A stretch of DNA of 64,000 nt from Gammaproteobacteria bacterium (GCA_965243335.1 OZ251545.1:2030226-2094225), one strand, 5' to 3'; positions 28,884 through 38,940 are shown, counted from the stretch's first letter. Numbers and translations are program-made. The notes: generated from the sequence alone by a model not told the origin.

Positions 28884-29056
28884 GGTCCTCCCGGGACCGG
28901 TTAGGGGAACGCGCCGCGACGCGATAGACTAGGCGCCCGTCACGCGCACGGGGCGCGATGCGCCGAAAGCGCGCCCGCGACGAGCCATATTCCGACGGGC
29001 GGCGGGGCGGCGTCCTACAGGGGGCCGCGCCTCCCCGCCCGGATACGAGGGAGACG

Positions 29057-29440
29057 ATGTCGAGCACCAGCCGGCCGCTTTCGCCCCATATCGGGATCTA
29101 CAGGCCGCAGATCACCTCGGTGCTGTCCATCCTCCACCGGGCGACCGGGGTGTTCCTGTGTTTCGGGGCGGTGGTCTTCGCCTGGTGGGCAGTCGCGCTC
29201 TCGCTCGGCCCGGAGCCGTATGCGGCGGTGCGGAGCGCCCTCGGCTCGTGGTTCGGGAGGCTGCTTCTCTTCGCCTGGACGTTCTCGTTCTTCTTCCATC
29301 TCTGCAACGGGGTCCGGCACCTGTTCTGGGACGCCGGGATCGGCTTCGAGCTCCGGACCGTACATGCGAGCGGCATGGCGGTGGTCGCGGCCTCGATCGC
29401 CTTGACGATCGTCGCGTTCGGGCTCGCGTACGCGGTGTAG
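29057..29440 (+). CDS. sdhC: succinate dehydrogenase cytochrome b556 subunit
   Basis: Track ORF 28958..29440. Start at ATG 29057 (SD GAGGGAG). MSSTSRPLSPHIGIYRPQITSVLSILHRATGV... Confidence 0.88.
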   Translation: MSSTSRPLSPHIGIYRPQITSVLSILHRATGVFLCFGAVVFAWWAVALSLGPEPYAAVRSALGSWFGRLLLFAWTFSFFFHLCNGVRHLFWDAGIGFELRTVHASGMAVVAASIALTIVAFGLAYAV

Positions 29441-29468
29441 CGCGCCGGGCCCGCGGCAGGAGGAGCGA

Positions 29469-29849
29469 ATGAAGTACCGAACCGCGCTCTCGGTCGTGCG
29501 CGGCGCCGGCGCCGCGAAGGACGGTACCCGCCACTGGTGGGCGCAGCGGCTGACCGCCGTCGCGCTCGTTCCGCTCGGGCTCGGGTTCGTGGTCGTGACG
29601 ATCGCGCTGCTCGGCGCCGACTACGACAGCGCCCGCGCCGCCCTCGCCCACCCGATGGCCGCCGCGCTCTGGATCCTGTTCACGGCGGCGCTCTTCCACC
29701 ACGCCCAGCTCGGCCTGCAGGTGGTCGTGGAGGACTACGTCCACTCGCTCCGCCTCAAGGTCGCCGCGATCATCGCGGTCAAGTTCGCCGCGCTGGCCCT
29801 CGGCGCGGCCTGCGTCGTCTCCATCCTTCGCGTATCCGTCGGGAGCTAG
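29469..29849 (+). CDS. sdhD: succinate dehydrogenase hydrophobic membrane anchor subunit
   Basis: Track ORF of 126 aa. ...GTRHWWAQRLTAVALVPLGL...HHAQLGLQVVVEDYVH... Located between sdhC and sdhA. Confidence 0.85.
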   Translation: MKYRTALSVVRGAGAAKDGTRHWWAQRLTAVALVPLGLGFVVVTIALLGADYDSARAALAHPMAAALWILFTAALFHHAQLGLQVVVEDYVHSLRLKVAAIIAVKFAALALGAACVVSILRVSVGS

Positions 29850-29855
29850 TCCAGG

Positions 29856-31646
29856 ATGCCGGACGCCTATCCGATCACCGAGCATACTTACGACGTCGTC
29901 GTCGTCGGCGCGGGCGGGGCGGGCTTGCGCGCGACCCTCGGGCTCGCGGCCCGGGGCCTCTCCACCGCCTGCGTCACGAAGGTGTTTCCGACCCGCAGCC
30001 ACACGGTCGCGGCCCAGGGCGGGATGAGCGCCGCCCTCGGCAACATGGGCGAGGACGACTGGCGCTGGCACATGTACGACACCGTCAAGGGCTCCGACTG
30101 GCTCGGGGACCAGGACGCGATCGAGTTCATGTGCCGCGAGGCGATGCCCGCCGTACTGGAGCTGGAGCACTACGGGGTGCCCTTCTCCCGGACCGAGGAC
30201 GGGCGCATCTACCAGCGCCCCTTCGGCGGCATGACGACCCGCTACGGCGAAGGGATCGCGCAGCGCACCTGCGCGGCGGCGGACCGGACCGGCCACGCGA
30301 TCCTGCACACCCTCTACCAGCAGTCCCTGAAGCACGATGCGGAGTTCTTCGTCGAGTACTTCGCCCTCGACCTGCTGATGGACGACGCGGGCGCCTGCCG
30401 GGGCGTCCTCGCCTGGGACCTCGACACCGGTACTCTGCACCGCTTCCGGTCGCACGCAGTCGTGCTCGCTACCGGCGGCTACGGCCGGACTTATTTTTCA
30501 TGCACTTCCGCCCACACCTGCACGGGGGACGGCAACGCGATGGCGCTGCGCGCGGGGCTGCCGCTCCAGGACATGGAGTTCGTGCAGTTCCACCCGACCG
30601 GGGTGTACGGGGCGGGGTGCCTCATCACCGAAGGGGTGCGGGGCGAAGGCGGGTTCATCACGAACTCCGCGGGCGAACGCTTCATGGAGCGGTACGCCCC
30701 CAACGCCAAGGACCTCGCGTCGAGGGACGTGGTGAGCCGTTCGATGACCATCGAGATCCGGGAGGGCCGCGGGGTGGGTCCACACAAGGACCACCTGCAC
30801 CTCCACCTCGAGCACCTGCAAGGCGAAGTCATCGAGAAGCGGCTGCCCGGGATCTCCGAGACCGCGCAGATCTTCGCCGGGGTCGACGTGACCAGGGAGC
30901 CCATCCCGGTGCTTCCGACCGTGCACTACAACATGGGCGGGATCCCCACCAACGTGCACGGCGAGGTGGTGACCTCGGAAGCCGGCGGCCCGGAGACGGT
31001 GGCGCCGGGGCTGTTCGCGATCGGGGAGTGCGCGTGCGTGTCGGTCCACGGCGCCAACCGGCTCGGCTCGAACTCGCTGCTCGACATCGTCGTGTTCGGC
31101 CGGGCGGCGGCCGAGCGCTGCGCCGAGCTCATCACCCCCGGCGAGTCCCATCCCCCCCTCCCCGGCGACTCCGAGGCGCGCGCGCTCGAGAGCTTCGATC
31201 GGCTCCGCCATGCGAAGGGGTCCCGGTCCACCGCGTCCATCCGCCTCGACATGCAGCGGATCATGCAGAACAACGCGGCCGTGTTCCGCACCGGCGAGGT
31301 GCTGGAGGAAGGCTGCCGGCTCATCGACGAATGCCGGGAGACCATGGAAGACGTCAAGGTCTCCGACCGGTCGCTCGTGTGGAATTCGGACCTGGTGGAG
31401 ACCCTCGAGCTCGACAACCTCATCCGGCAGGCGGTCGTGACCATGCACTCGGCGAGCCACCGTACCGAGAGCCGGGGGGCGCACGCGCGGGAGGACTTTC
31501 CGGAGCGCGACGACGCGAGCTGGCTGAAGCACACCCTGTGCTGGCTCCGCAACGGTGCGGCGCCGGAGTTCGGCTACCGCCCCGTCCACCTCCAGACGTT
31601 GACGAACGACGTGCAGTCGTTCCCCCCGCAGCCGCGGACCTATTGA
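29856..31646 (+). CDS. sdhA: succinate dehydrogenase flavoprotein subunit
   Basis: Track ORF of 596 aa. [24 protein letters not shown] (FAD-linking His), [13 protein letters not shown]. Confidence 0.97.
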   Translation: MPDAYPITEHTYDVVVVGAGGAGLRATLGLAARGLSTACVTKVFPTRSHTVAAQGGMSAALGNMGEDDWRWHMYDTVKGSDWLGDQDAIEFMCREAMPAVLELEHYGVPFSRTEDGRIYQRPFGGMTTRYGEGIAQRTCAAADRTGHAILHTLYQQSLKHDAEFFVEYFALDLLMDDAGACRGVLAWDLDTGTLHRFRSHAVVLATGGYGRTYFSCTSAHTCTGDGNAMALRAGLPLQDMEFVQFHPTGVYGAGCLITEGVRGEGGFITNSAGERFMERYAPNAKDLASRDVVSRSMTIEIREGRGVGPHKDHLHLHLEHLQGEVIEKRLPGISETAQIFAGVDVTREPIPVLPTVHYNMGGIPTNVHGEVVTSEAGGPETVAPGLFAIGECACVSVHGANRLGSNSLLDIVVFGRAAAERCAELITPGESHPPLPGDSEARALESFDRLRHAKGSRSTASIRLDMQRIMQNNAAVFRTGEVLEEGCRLIDECRETMEDVKVSDRSLVWNSDLVETLELDNLIRQAVVTMHSASHRTESRGAHAREDFPERDDASWLKHTLCWLRNGAAPEFGYRPVHLQTLTNDVQSFPPQPRTY

Positions 31647-31655
31647 GGGAAGAGA

Positions 31656-32438
31656 ATGGCCCGACTGAAGCTGCCGTCGAACTCGAAGGTAGCCCCCGGA
31701 AAGACCCACCCCGCCCCATCCGGGGCCAAGGACGTCCGGCGCTTCGTCGTCTACCGGTGGGCGCCCGACGAGGGGAGCAACCCGCGCACCGATTCGTTCG
31801 AGGTGGACCTCGACGACTGCGGGCCGATGGTCCTCGACGCCCTCATCAAGATCAAGAACGAGGTGGACTCCACCCTCACCTTCCGCCGCTCCTGCCGGGA
31901 GGGGGTCTGCGGGTCCTGCTCGATGAACATCGGCGGGGTGAACTCGCTCGCGTGCACCACCCCGATCCGCGGGGTCAAGGGCGCGGTGAAGGTATTCCCC
32001 CTCCCCCACCTCCCGGTGGTCAAGGACCTCGTCCCCGACATGAACCGGTTCTACGCGCAGTACGCGTCGATCAAGCCGTGGATGCGCGCGGTGACCCCTC
32101 CTCCTCCCGACCGGGAGCGGCTCCAGTCCCCGGAGGACCGCGACCGCCTGGACGGGCTCTACGAGTGCATCCTGTGCGCGTGCTGCTCCACGAGCTGCCC
32201 GAGCTACTGGTGGAACGGCGACCGCTACCTCGGGCCGGCCGCCCTGCTCCAAGCCTGGCGGTGGATCGCCGACAGCCGCGACGAGTATTCCGGGGAACGG
32301 CTGGACGACCTCGAAGACCCCTTCCGCCTCTACCGCTGCCACACCATCATGAACTGCACGCGCGCCTGTCCCAAGGGGCTCAACCCGGCGAAGGCGATCG
32401 CCGAGATCAAGAAGATGATGGTGGTCCGCCAGCTCTGA
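31656..32438 (+). CDS. sdhB: succinate dehydrogenase iron-sulfur subunit
   Basis: Track ORF of 260 aa. [41 protein letters not shown]. Confidence 0.97.
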   Translation: MARLKLPSNSKVAPGKTHPAPSGAKDVRRFVVYRWAPDEGSNPRTDSFEVDLDDCGPMVLDALIKIKNEVDSTLTFRRSCREGVCGSCSMNIGGVNSLACTTPIRGVKGAVKVFPLPHLPVVKDLVPDMNRFYAQYASIKPWMRAVTPPPPDRERLQSPEDRDRLDGLYECILCACCSTSCPSYWWNGDRYLGPAALLQAWRWIADSRDEYSGERLDDLEDPFRLYRCHTIMNCTRACPKGLNPAKAIAEIKKMMVVRQL

Positions 32439-32453
32439 CGGGAAACGGCCGGA

Positions 32454-32708
32454 ATGACGCGGATCGACGGGCGGCTTCGGTGGCGCTGCCGGCGGGGTAC
32501 CCGCGAGCTGGACCTCGTCCTCGACCGGTTCCTCACCGCGGCCGGCGGCGCCTTGGACGAGGATACGCGGCAGGGTCTCGAACGGCTGCTCGACCGGCCG
32601 GACCAGGACCTTCTCGACTGGGTCGCGGGGCGCTCCGCACCGCCGGACCCGGGGCTCGCCGCCTTGGTGGACCGGATCCGGGCCGCCTCCGCCCTCCCCC
32701 TCCGATGA
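32454..32708 (+). CDS. sdhE: FAD assembly factor SdhE (DUF339)
   Basis: Track ORF of 84 aa. RLRWRCRRGTRELDLVLDRF...LLDRPDQDLLDW (RGxxE motif). Confidence 0.85.
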   Translation: MTRIDGRLRWRCRRGTRELDLVLDRFLTAAGGALDEDTRQGLERLLDRPDQDLLDWVAGRSAPPDPGLAALVDRIRAASALPLR

Positions 32709-33625
32709 ACGATTCCCCTTCCGCCGCGGGCCGGGTCGACCCCGGCATGGCCGTCGTCCGGGTGCGCGGCCCGGACGCGGCCCGGTTTCTCCACGCTCAG
32801 CTCACGAGCGACGTGGAGGCGCTCGCTCCGGGCGGGGCCGCCCTCAGCGCATGGTGCACGCCGCGGGGACAGGTCCGGAACCTGTTCTGGATCGTGCGCC
32901 GGAGGGGCGAGGCCGGGCTCGACCTCGTGGCCCCGGCCCGCGAGGCGGACGACCTCGCCCGCCGCCTTCGCATGTTCGTCCTGCGAGCGAAGGCGGCGGT
33001 GGAGCGGACCGGCGACCGGGTGGCCGGTGCGGCCGGGCCAGGCGCCGCGGCGCTCGCCGCCGGCTGGGCCGGCGAGGCTCCGGCCCCCGGACGCGCGGTC
33101 GAGTCCGGGGGCCGGGTCGTGTTTCGCCCCCCCGGCGGTCCGGTCCGGTTTCTCGCCTTCGGCCCGGACCTCGACGAGCTCGCGCCGGATGAGCCGGAGG
33201 CGCGGTGGCGGCGGCTGGAGATCGCGGCCGGCATCGCATGGCTCACCGACGAGACGCGGGAGTCGTTCATTCCCCAGATGCTCGACCTCGACCGCCTCGG
33301 GGCGGTGAGCTTCGACAAGGGCTGCTACCCGGGCCAGGAGGTCGTCGCGCGGGCGCGCTACCTCGGCCGCGTCAAGCGCCGGCTACACCGAGGCCGGGTC
33401 GCGGCCGGGCCGCGGCCGACTCCGGGCGACCGGCTCCTCTCCGGCGAACGGGCCGCGGGGAGGATCGTGGCCGCGGAGCAGGAAGAAGGGGGTGGAGGCT
33501 ACGACCTGCTGGCCGTCATCGACGTCGACCGCGCCGGCGGCCGGCTCGAGGCCGCGGACGGCCGCACCGTCACCGTGGCGCCTACCGCCGCTGCGGACGC
33601 GCTCGCTGACCCTTCGCGAACCTGA
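32705..33625 (+). CDS. ygfZ: folate-binding Fe-S cluster repair/tRNA-modification protein YgfZ (CAF17 family)
   Basis: ATG 32705 overlaps the sdhE stop (ATGA). Tail of the artefactual track ORF 29537..33625. ...VRVRGPDAARFLHAQLTSDV...FIPQMLDLDRLGAVSFDKGCYPGQEVVARARYLGRVKRRL. 306 aa. Confidence 0.85.
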   Translation: MNDSPSAAGRVDPGMAVVRVRGPDAARFLHAQLTSDVEALAPGGAALSAWCTPRGQVRNLFWIVRRRGEAGLDLVAPAREADDLARRLRMFVLRAKAAVERTGDRVAGAAGPGAAALAAGWAGEAPAPGRAVESGGRVVFRPPGGPVRFLAFGPDLDELAPDEPEARWRRLEIAAGIAWLTDETRESFIPQMLDLDRLGAVSFDKGCYPGQEVVARARYLGRVKRRLHRGRVAAGPRPTPGDRLLSGERAAGRIVAAEQEEGGGGYDLLAVIDVDRAGGRLEAADGRTVTVAPTAAADALADPSRT

Positions 33626-33676
33626 CGATTCCCGCGCTGCCGCCGCAACCCCTCACACCCGCTCGCGGGCGTTGCC

Positions 33677-33907
33677 ATGAAAACGATGATCCAGATCCGC
33701 AACGTTCCCGAGACCCTGCACCGGCGTCTGAAGGCCCGGGCCGCCATCGAAGGGGTCTCGATGTCCCGCTATGTCCTGCGGGAGATCGAGAGGGCGCTGG
33801 GCCGCCCGAGCCGGCGGGAACTGATCGATGCGATCCGCTCCCAACCGGAAGTCGCACTGGAGCCCTCGCCGGCGGACGTCCTGCGCGAGGAACGCGACTC
33901 GCGCTGA
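33677..33907 (+). CDS. vapB: type II antitoxin, ribbon-helix-helix (VapB/FitA-like)
   Basis: Track ORF of 76 aa. MKTMIQIRNVPETLHRRLKARAAIEGVSMSRYVLREIERAL... is a typical RHH antitoxin N-terminus. Its stop overlaps the next ATG (TGATG). Confidence 0.75.
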   Translation: MKTMIQIRNVPETLHRRLKARAAIEGVSMSRYVLREIERALGRPSRRELIDAIRSQPEVALEPSPADVLREERDSR

Positions 33908-34029
33908 TGGTTCCGGACGCCTCCGGGGCCACCGACTTCCTGTTGAACACCGCGGCGGGCAAGAGGCTCGCGGCGCGTCTGGCCGACGAAGCCGAGGACG
34001 TTCACGCGCCGCATCTACCGGTCGCATGA
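33907..34029 (+). pseudogene. vapC: truncated PIN-domain toxin (VapC remnant, 40 codons)
   Basis: MVPDASGATDFLLNTAAGKRLAARLADEAEDVHAPHLPVA-stop matches only the first 40 or so residues of VapC toxins (M.LDAS....LL......A..L.......LHAPHL). The next gene starts only 80 nt later, so about 90 codons are missing. Confidence 0.55.
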
Positions 34030-34109
34030 GCCGGCCGGAGCCGCTTGCAACCACCCGGGGATCCCCAGGGGGAGGTCCCGTCCGCGCGCATGGGGAGGCC
34101 GGTGAGGTT

Positions 34110-35141
34110 ATGCAGGATCCGGCCGGGAGCGGCTTCAGGCCCGCGTGGTGGCTGCCGGGGCCGCACCTGCAGACCCTCTGGCCGGCCCTGTTCCGGCGCC
34201 GGGGCAAGCCGCGCCTCGTGCGGGAGCGGGTCGAGCTTCCGGACGGCGACTTCCTCGACCTCGACTGGAACGGCCCCGACGACCCCGCGGATGCTCCTCT
34301 GGCGCTCCTCCTCCACGGCCTGGAAGGGTCGAGCGCCTCCCCCTACGCATGGGGGATGCTGGCCGCGTTCCGGCGCCGCGGATGGCCCGCGGCCGTCATG
34401 CACTTCCGCGGCTGCAGCGGCGAGCCGAACCGGCTCGCGCGAAGCTATCACTCGGGAGAGACCGGGGACCTCGCCCACATCGTCGAAGCGCTCGGGCGGC
34501 GCGCTCCCGGCCGGCCCATGTTCGCGGCCGGGGTCTCGCTCGGGGGCAACGTCCTCCTCAAGTGGCTCGGCGAGACCGGGGCGGAGGCGCCCCTCGCCGG
34601 GGCGGCCGCCGTCTCCGTCCCCCTCGACCTCGGCCGCTGCGCCGACCGCCTGGAGCGGGGCCTCTCGAAGGGCTACCGCCGGTTCCTGGTGCGGGAGCTG
34701 CACCGGAGCGTGCGGGCGAAGTTCGAGGGCTGGCGCGAGAGCCCGATCGATCTGGCCCGGCTGCCGGGGTGGCGGACGTTCCGGGAGTTCGACGAGCACG
34801 TGACCGCTCCCCTGCACGGGTTCGCGGGCGCGGAAGACTACTACCGCCGATCGAGCAGCGGGCGGTTCGTGGCCCACGTCCGGGTTCCGACCCTCGTCGT
34901 GCAGGCGCGCGACGACCCCTTCCTGCCGGACGACCCGCCTCCCGCGTCCTCCTCCTCCGTGCGGTGGGAGGTGTTCCCGCACGGGGGGCACGCGGGCTTC
35001 GTCGCCGGCGCGGTTCCGGGCCGGCCCCGGTACTGGCTGGAGGAGCGGATCCCCGCCTTCTTCGAGGAGATACTGGGGGAGGAGACGCCGGGGGAGGAAG
35101 CGCCGCGGCTCAGGCGGCGCCGTCCACCGCCTTCATGCTGA
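34110..35141 (+). CDS. alpha/beta-fold hydrolase, YheT-like (AB hydrolase 4 family)
   Basis: Internal ATG 34110 (SD GAGG) of track ORF 33828..35141. [28 protein letters not shown]...[14 protein letters not shown]...YHSGETGD...GVSLGGNVL... The 3-prime end overlaps the convergent pnp gene by 32 nt. Confidence 0.85.
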   Translation: MQDPAGSGFRPAWWLPGPHLQTLWPALFRRRGKPRLVRERVELPDGDFLDLDWNGPDDPADAPLALLLHGLEGSSASPYAWGMLAAFRRRGWPAAVMHFRGCSGEPNRLARSYHSGETGDLAHIVEALGRRAPGRPMFAAGVSLGGNVLLKWLGETGAEAPLAGAAAVSVPLDLGRCADRLERGLSKGYRRFLVRELHRSVRAKFEGWRESPIDLARLPGWRTFREFDEHVTAPLHGFAGAEDYYRRSSSGRFVAHVRVPTLVVQARDDPFLPDDPPPASSSSVRWEVFPHGGHAGFVAGAVPGRPRYWLEERIPAFFEEILGEETPGEEAPRLRRRRPPPSC

Positions 35142-37221
35142 GCCGCACCCGGCCCTGCTTGTCGACCTCGAGCACCTTGACCCGGACGGTCTGCCCCTCG
35201 CGGAGCTTGTCGTTGACGTTCTCGACCCGTTCGTGGGATATCTGGGAAATGTGCACGAGGCCGTCCTTGCCGGGGAGAATGTTCACGAAGGCGCCGAAGT
35301 CCATGATCTTCTGCACCTTCCCTTCGTAGACGACCCCGACTTCCACGTCCGCGGTGATCTGCTCGATGCGGCGCCGGGCCTCCTGCCCGCCGAGGGCGTC
35401 GACCGACGCGATCTTGATGGTCCCGTCGTCGGAGACGTCGATCGCGGCCCCCGTCTCCTCGGTGAGGCTCCGGATGGTCGCCCCGCCGCGCCCGATGACG
35501 TCCCGGATCTTCTCGGGGTCGATCTTGATGGTGATGATGCGGGGCGCGTACTCCGACATCTCCTGGCGCGGCTCGCGAATGGTCTCGGCCATCCGTTCGA
35601 GGATGTGCAGGCGCCCCGCATGGGCCTGGGTCAGCGCCTGCTGCATGATCTCGCGGGTGATGCCCTCGATCTTGATGTCCATCTGCAGGGCGTTCACCCC
35701 GCGCGCGGTCCCCGCGACCTTGAAGTCCATGTCCCCGAGGTGGTCCTCGTCCCCCATGATGTCGGACAGCACCGCGAACCGATCCCCCTCCTTGACGAGC
35801 CCCATCGCGATCCCCGCGACCGGGGCGCGGATGGGCACGCCGGCGTCCATCAGGGCCATGCTGGAGCCGCATACCGAGGCCATCGAGCTCGATCCGTTCG
35901 ATTCGGTGATCTCCGACACCACCCGGATGACGTAGGGGAAGTCGTCCAGGGACGGCATCACCGAGAGGATCCCGCGTTTCGCCAGCCGCCCGTGGCCGAT
36001 CTCGCGGCGCCTCGGCCCGATGTTCCGGCCGGTCTCGCCCACGCAGTAGGGCGGGAAGTTGTAGTGGAAGAGGAACGGGTCCCGTCGTTCGCCTTCGAGG
36101 GCGTCGACGATCTGCGCGTCGCGGCTGTTGCCGAGGGTGATCGCGACCAGGGCCTGGGTCTCGCCCCGGGTGAACAGGGCCGACCCGTGGGTGCGGGGCA
36201 GCAGGCCGACCCGGGTGGTGACGTCCCGCACGGCGGCGCGATCCCGACCGTCGATGCGCGGCTCTCCGTCCAGGATCCGGCTCCTCACGACCTTCTTCTC
36301 GATCGCCGACACCGCGTCCGAAACGTGTTGGCTCGACCACCGCGGCTCTCCGGTCTCGTCCGGGGAGCCGCCGATCTGCGCGTCCGCCGCTCTCCGGACC
36401 TCCGCCAGGGTCGCCTGCCGCTCGGCCTTGTCGACGATCCGGTAGGCCTCGGCGACCCGCTGGCCCACCGCCTCCTCCACCCGCTCCGCAAGGGCCGAGT
36501 CCTCTGCCGGCGGGGCCCAGCTCCACGCCGGGCGACCCGCTTCCGCGGCAAGCTCGCGGATAAGATCGATGACCGGCTGCATCTGCTCGTGACCGAACAT
36601 CACCGCCCCGAGCATCACCTCCTCGGACAGCTCGCGCGCTTCCGACTCCACCATCAGGACCGCGCCGCTCGTCCCGGCCACGACCAGGTCGAGGTCCGAT
36701 TCGGAGACCGCCGCGAAGCCGGGATTGAGCAGGTACCGCCCGCCCGCGTAGCCCACCCGCGCCGCTCCGATCGGCCCGTGGAACGGGATCCCGGAACAGG
36801 CTACCGCGGCCGACGCGCCGACCATCGCCGGGATGTCCGGATCGATGTCCGGGTCCACCGAGACCACCGTCGCCATGATCTGGGTCTCGTTGCGGAAGCC
36901 CTTGGGAAACAGCGGGCGCATCGGTCGGTCGATCAGCCGCGAGGTCAGGATCTCCTTCTCGCTGGGGCGGCCTTCCCGGCGGAAGAAGCCGCCGGGGATG
37001 CGGCCGGCGGCGTAGGTCTTCTCCTGGTAGTCCACGGTGAGGGGAAAGAAGTCGCGGTCGGAGCGGCCGGACCGGTCCGCCACCACGGTGGCGAGCACCA
37101 CCGTATCGCCGAGTGACGCCATCACCGATCCCGACGCCTGCCGGGCGATCTCGCCGGTTTCGAGGGTCAGGAGGCGGTCGCCGTACTGGATGCTCTTCTT
37201 GATGGGTGACGGGCGGGGCAT
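35110..37221 (-). CDS. pnp: polyribonucleotide nucleotidyltransferase (PNPase)
   Basis: Track ORF of 703 aa. Two RNase PH domains, a KH domain and an S1 domain ([32 protein letters not shown]). Confidence 0.97.
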   Translation of the reverse strand: MPRPSPIKKSIQYGDRLLTLETGEIARQASGSVMASLGDTVVLATVVADRSGRSDRDFFPLTVDYQEKTYAAGRIPGGFFRREGRPSEKEILTSRLIDRPMRPLFPKGFRNETQIMATVVSVDPDIDPDIPAMVGASAAVACSGIPFHGPIGAARVGYAGGRYLLNPGFAAVSESDLDLVVAGTSGAVLMVESEARELSEEVMLGAVMFGHEQMQPVIDLIRELAAEAGRPAWSWAPPAEDSALAERVEEAVGQRVAEAYRIVDKAERQATLAEVRRAADAQIGGSPDETGEPRWSSQHVSDAVSAIEKKVVRSRILDGEPRIDGRDRAAVRDVTTRVGLLPRTHGSALFTRGETQALVAITLGNSRDAQIVDALEGERRDPFLFHYNFPPYCVGETGRNIGPRRREIGHGRLAKRGILSVMPSLDDFPYVIRVVSEITESNGSSSMASVCGSSMALMDAGVPIRAPVAGIAMGLVKEGDRFAVLSDIMGDEDHLGDMDFKVAGTARGVNALQMDIKIEGITREIMQQALTQAHAGRLHILERMAETIREPRQEMSEYAPRIITIKIDPEKIRDVIGRGGATIRSLTEETGAAIDVSDDGTIKIASVDALGGQEARRRIEQITADVEVGVVYEGKVQKIMDFGAFVNILPGKDGLVHISQISHERVENVNDKLREGQTVRVKVLEVDKQGRVRLSMKAVDGAA

Positions 37222-37251
37222 TTAGGGGATTCCTGAAGGCAAGTGGGAAGA

Positions 37252-37282
37252 CGGCCCTCGGGAACGAAGCCGGGGGCCGAGG
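37252..37282 (-). promoter_or_regulatory. rpsO-pnp intergenic stem-loop region (rpsO terminator / pnp leader candidate)
   Basis: Two mutually exclusive 6-bp GC stems: CGGCCC (37252-57)/GGGCCG (37274-79) and CCTCGG (37256-61)/CCGAGG (37277-82), in the 83-nt spacer. By analogy, the E. coli rpsO-pnp spacer carries a terminator and an RNase III hairpin. Confidence 0.3.
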
Positions 37283-37304
37283 AAGGAGCTACGCGCGCAT
37301 GAAG

Positions 37305-37574
37305 TCAGCGACGAAGGCCGAGGTCGCCGATCAGGCTGCGGTATCGGCCGTGGTCCACCCGACGCAGGTAGTCGAGCAGCCGGCGGCGCTTGCTGACCAG
37401 CCGGAGGAGGCCCTGACGGGAATGGCGGTCGTGGATATGGGTCTTGAAGTGTTCGGTCAGATACTGGATGCGGGCGGTCAGGATCGCGACCTGTACTTCG
37501 GGCGAGCCGGTATCGTCCGGGCCGCGTCGGTGCCTGGATACGATATCCGCCTTCTGCTGTACGTTCAGCGTCAT
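37305..37574 (-). CDS. rpsO: 30S ribosomal protein S15
   Basis: Internal ATG 37574 of track ORF 37305..37742. [70 protein letters not shown]... 89 aa. Confidence 0.95.
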   Translation of the reverse strand: MTLNVQQKADIVSRHRRGPDDTGSPEVQVAILTARIQYLTEHFKTHIHDRHSRQGLLRLVSKRRRLLDYLRRVDHGRYRSLIGDLGLRR

Positions 37575-37606
37575 CGAGCCGACCTGTTCGGGGGTTGGAC
37601 GCGGGT

Positions 37607-37636
37607 ATTCTACCCGCGCGGCCCTCCCGGCAACAA
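37607..37636 (-). promoter_or_regulatory. candidate sigma70 promoter of rpsO (TTGTTG-N18-TAGAAT)
   Basis: On the minus strand, -10 TAGAAT (37612-37607) is embedded in the 7-bp inverted repeat GCGGGTA..TACCCGC, and -35 TTGTTG is at 37636-37631. The -10 lies 33 nt upstream of the ATG. Confidence 0.4.
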
Positions 37637-37655
37637 GGCGAAGGACCGTCCAATC

Positions 37656-37839
37656 CAGGGCAATCGCATTTGGACATAAAATGCCGTTTCCGGGCCGCCA
37701 AGCCAGCCGGACCAGCCGTAGATGAACCCTTGGGACGCCCAATCATGCCTACCTCAGCGTTCCTCAACCGCGAAATCGGCCCGAAACGGGCTTGGTAACC
37801 GCCATTCGACGCTCGGAAATCTCAAATGCGATTGCCCTG
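37656..37839. mobile_element. MITE-like non-autonomous element (184 bp) with 17-bp perfect TIRs and a 10-bp target-site duplication
   Basis: TIRs are CAGGGCAATCGCATTTG (37656-37672) and CAAATGCGATTGCCCTG (37823-37839). The identical 10-mer CCGTCCAATC abuts both ends (37646-37655 and 37840-37849). The interior has lower GC and no credible ORF. Confidence 0.6.
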
Positions 37840-38031
37840 CCGTCCAATCCCGGCGCCCGCATCCCGGAGACCCCTCACCCGCCCGCGCCGGTCGGGCGAC
37901 GGTCGCCGCCGCCGCCACGCACGGAGCCGACGACGACTCCAGCGCCCGCGCATCACTTGGCGCCGATCAGGCGGCAGCGGCCGCCACCGCTGCACACGAA
38001 ATCACCGCCAGTCATTCCCGGTACCGACACG

Positions 38032-38940
38032 TCAGGCTCCGATCAGGCGGCGGGGGGCGATGCGTCCGTCGTCGAGCACCTCCCCGACGCCAAGGAACCG
38101 ATCGTCCTCGGCCCGCAGCCGAACCCAGCCCTTCGTCGGCGCGCGGGGTACCCGCACGGGCTGTCCCTGCCGCAGATGCCAGACGGTATCGCCGGAGAGC
38201 GAAACTGCGGGCCAGTCGGAGAGCACCGCCTCCATCGGGGTCAGGTACTGGTCGAGGGTCCCGGACCGCTCGGCCTCCCGCAGGGCCTCGAGGGAGACCA
38301 TCCCGTCCTCTCCGAACGGCCCGCTGCCGGTCCGCCGCAGCTCGTCCACGTGCGCGGTGGTCCCGAGCGCCTCCCCGATGTCCTCGCTCAAGGTCCGGAC
38401 GTAGGTCCCCTTGGAGCAATGGACGTCGATCCCGATCCGCTCCTGGTCCCAATGCCGGCAAACGAGCCGGCGGATCACGATCCGGCGGGGCTCGCGCTCC
38501 ACCGTGATCCCCTGGTGGGCGAGCTTGTAGAGCCGCTGCCCGCGGTGCTTGAGGGCGGAGTGCATGGGCGGGATCTGCTCGCTCTCGCCCCGAAACCGCT
38601 CCAGGGCCGCCTCGACCGCGCCATCGGAGAGGGGCGGGACCGGGCGCGTGTCCACCACCTCCCCCTCCGCGTCGCCGGTCGTGGTCCGCACCCCGAGCCG
38701 GATCCCGGCCCGGTAGCGCTTGTCCGCGTTCAGCAGGAACCCGGAGAGCTTGGTGGCCTCGCCGACACAAATGGGAAGCAGGCCCGACGCCAGCCGGTCC
38801 AGGCTCCCGGTGTGCCCGGCCTTGCGCGCCCCGAAGATCCGCTTGACGATCTGCAGCACCTGGTTGGAGCCGAGACCCCGGGGCTTGTCGAGGAGGACCA
38901 CCCCGTGCACGTCCCGGCCGCCGCGCCGGTTACGGCCCAT
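38032..38940 (-). CDS. truB: tRNA pseudouridine(55) synthase
   Basis: Track ORF of 302 aa. HGVVLLDKPRGLGSNQVLQIVKRIFGARKAGHTGSLDRLASGLLPI (catalytic Asp motif). Confidence 0.93.
   Translation of the reverse strand: MGRNRRGGRDVHGVVLLDKPRGLGSNQVLQIVKRIFGARKAGHTGSLDRLASGLLPICVGEATKLSGFLLNADKRYRAGIRLGVRTTTGDAEGEVVDTRPVPPLSDGAVEAALERFRGESEQIPPMHSALKHRGQRLYKLAHQGITVEREPRRIVIRRLVCRHWDQERIGIDVHCSKGTYVRTLSEDIGEALGTTAHVDELRRTGSGPFGEDGMVSLEALREAERSGTLDQYLTPMEAVLSDWPAVSLSGDTVWHLRQGQPVRVPRAPTKGWVRLRAEDDRFLGVGEVLDDGRIAPRRLIGA

Noticed and set aside
37595-37798. A 67-aa track ORF lying largely inside the MITE-like element.
   Set aside because: It crosses the element boundary, lacks an SD and GC3 bias, and its product is low-complexity. 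It is not a plausible transposase or passenger gene.
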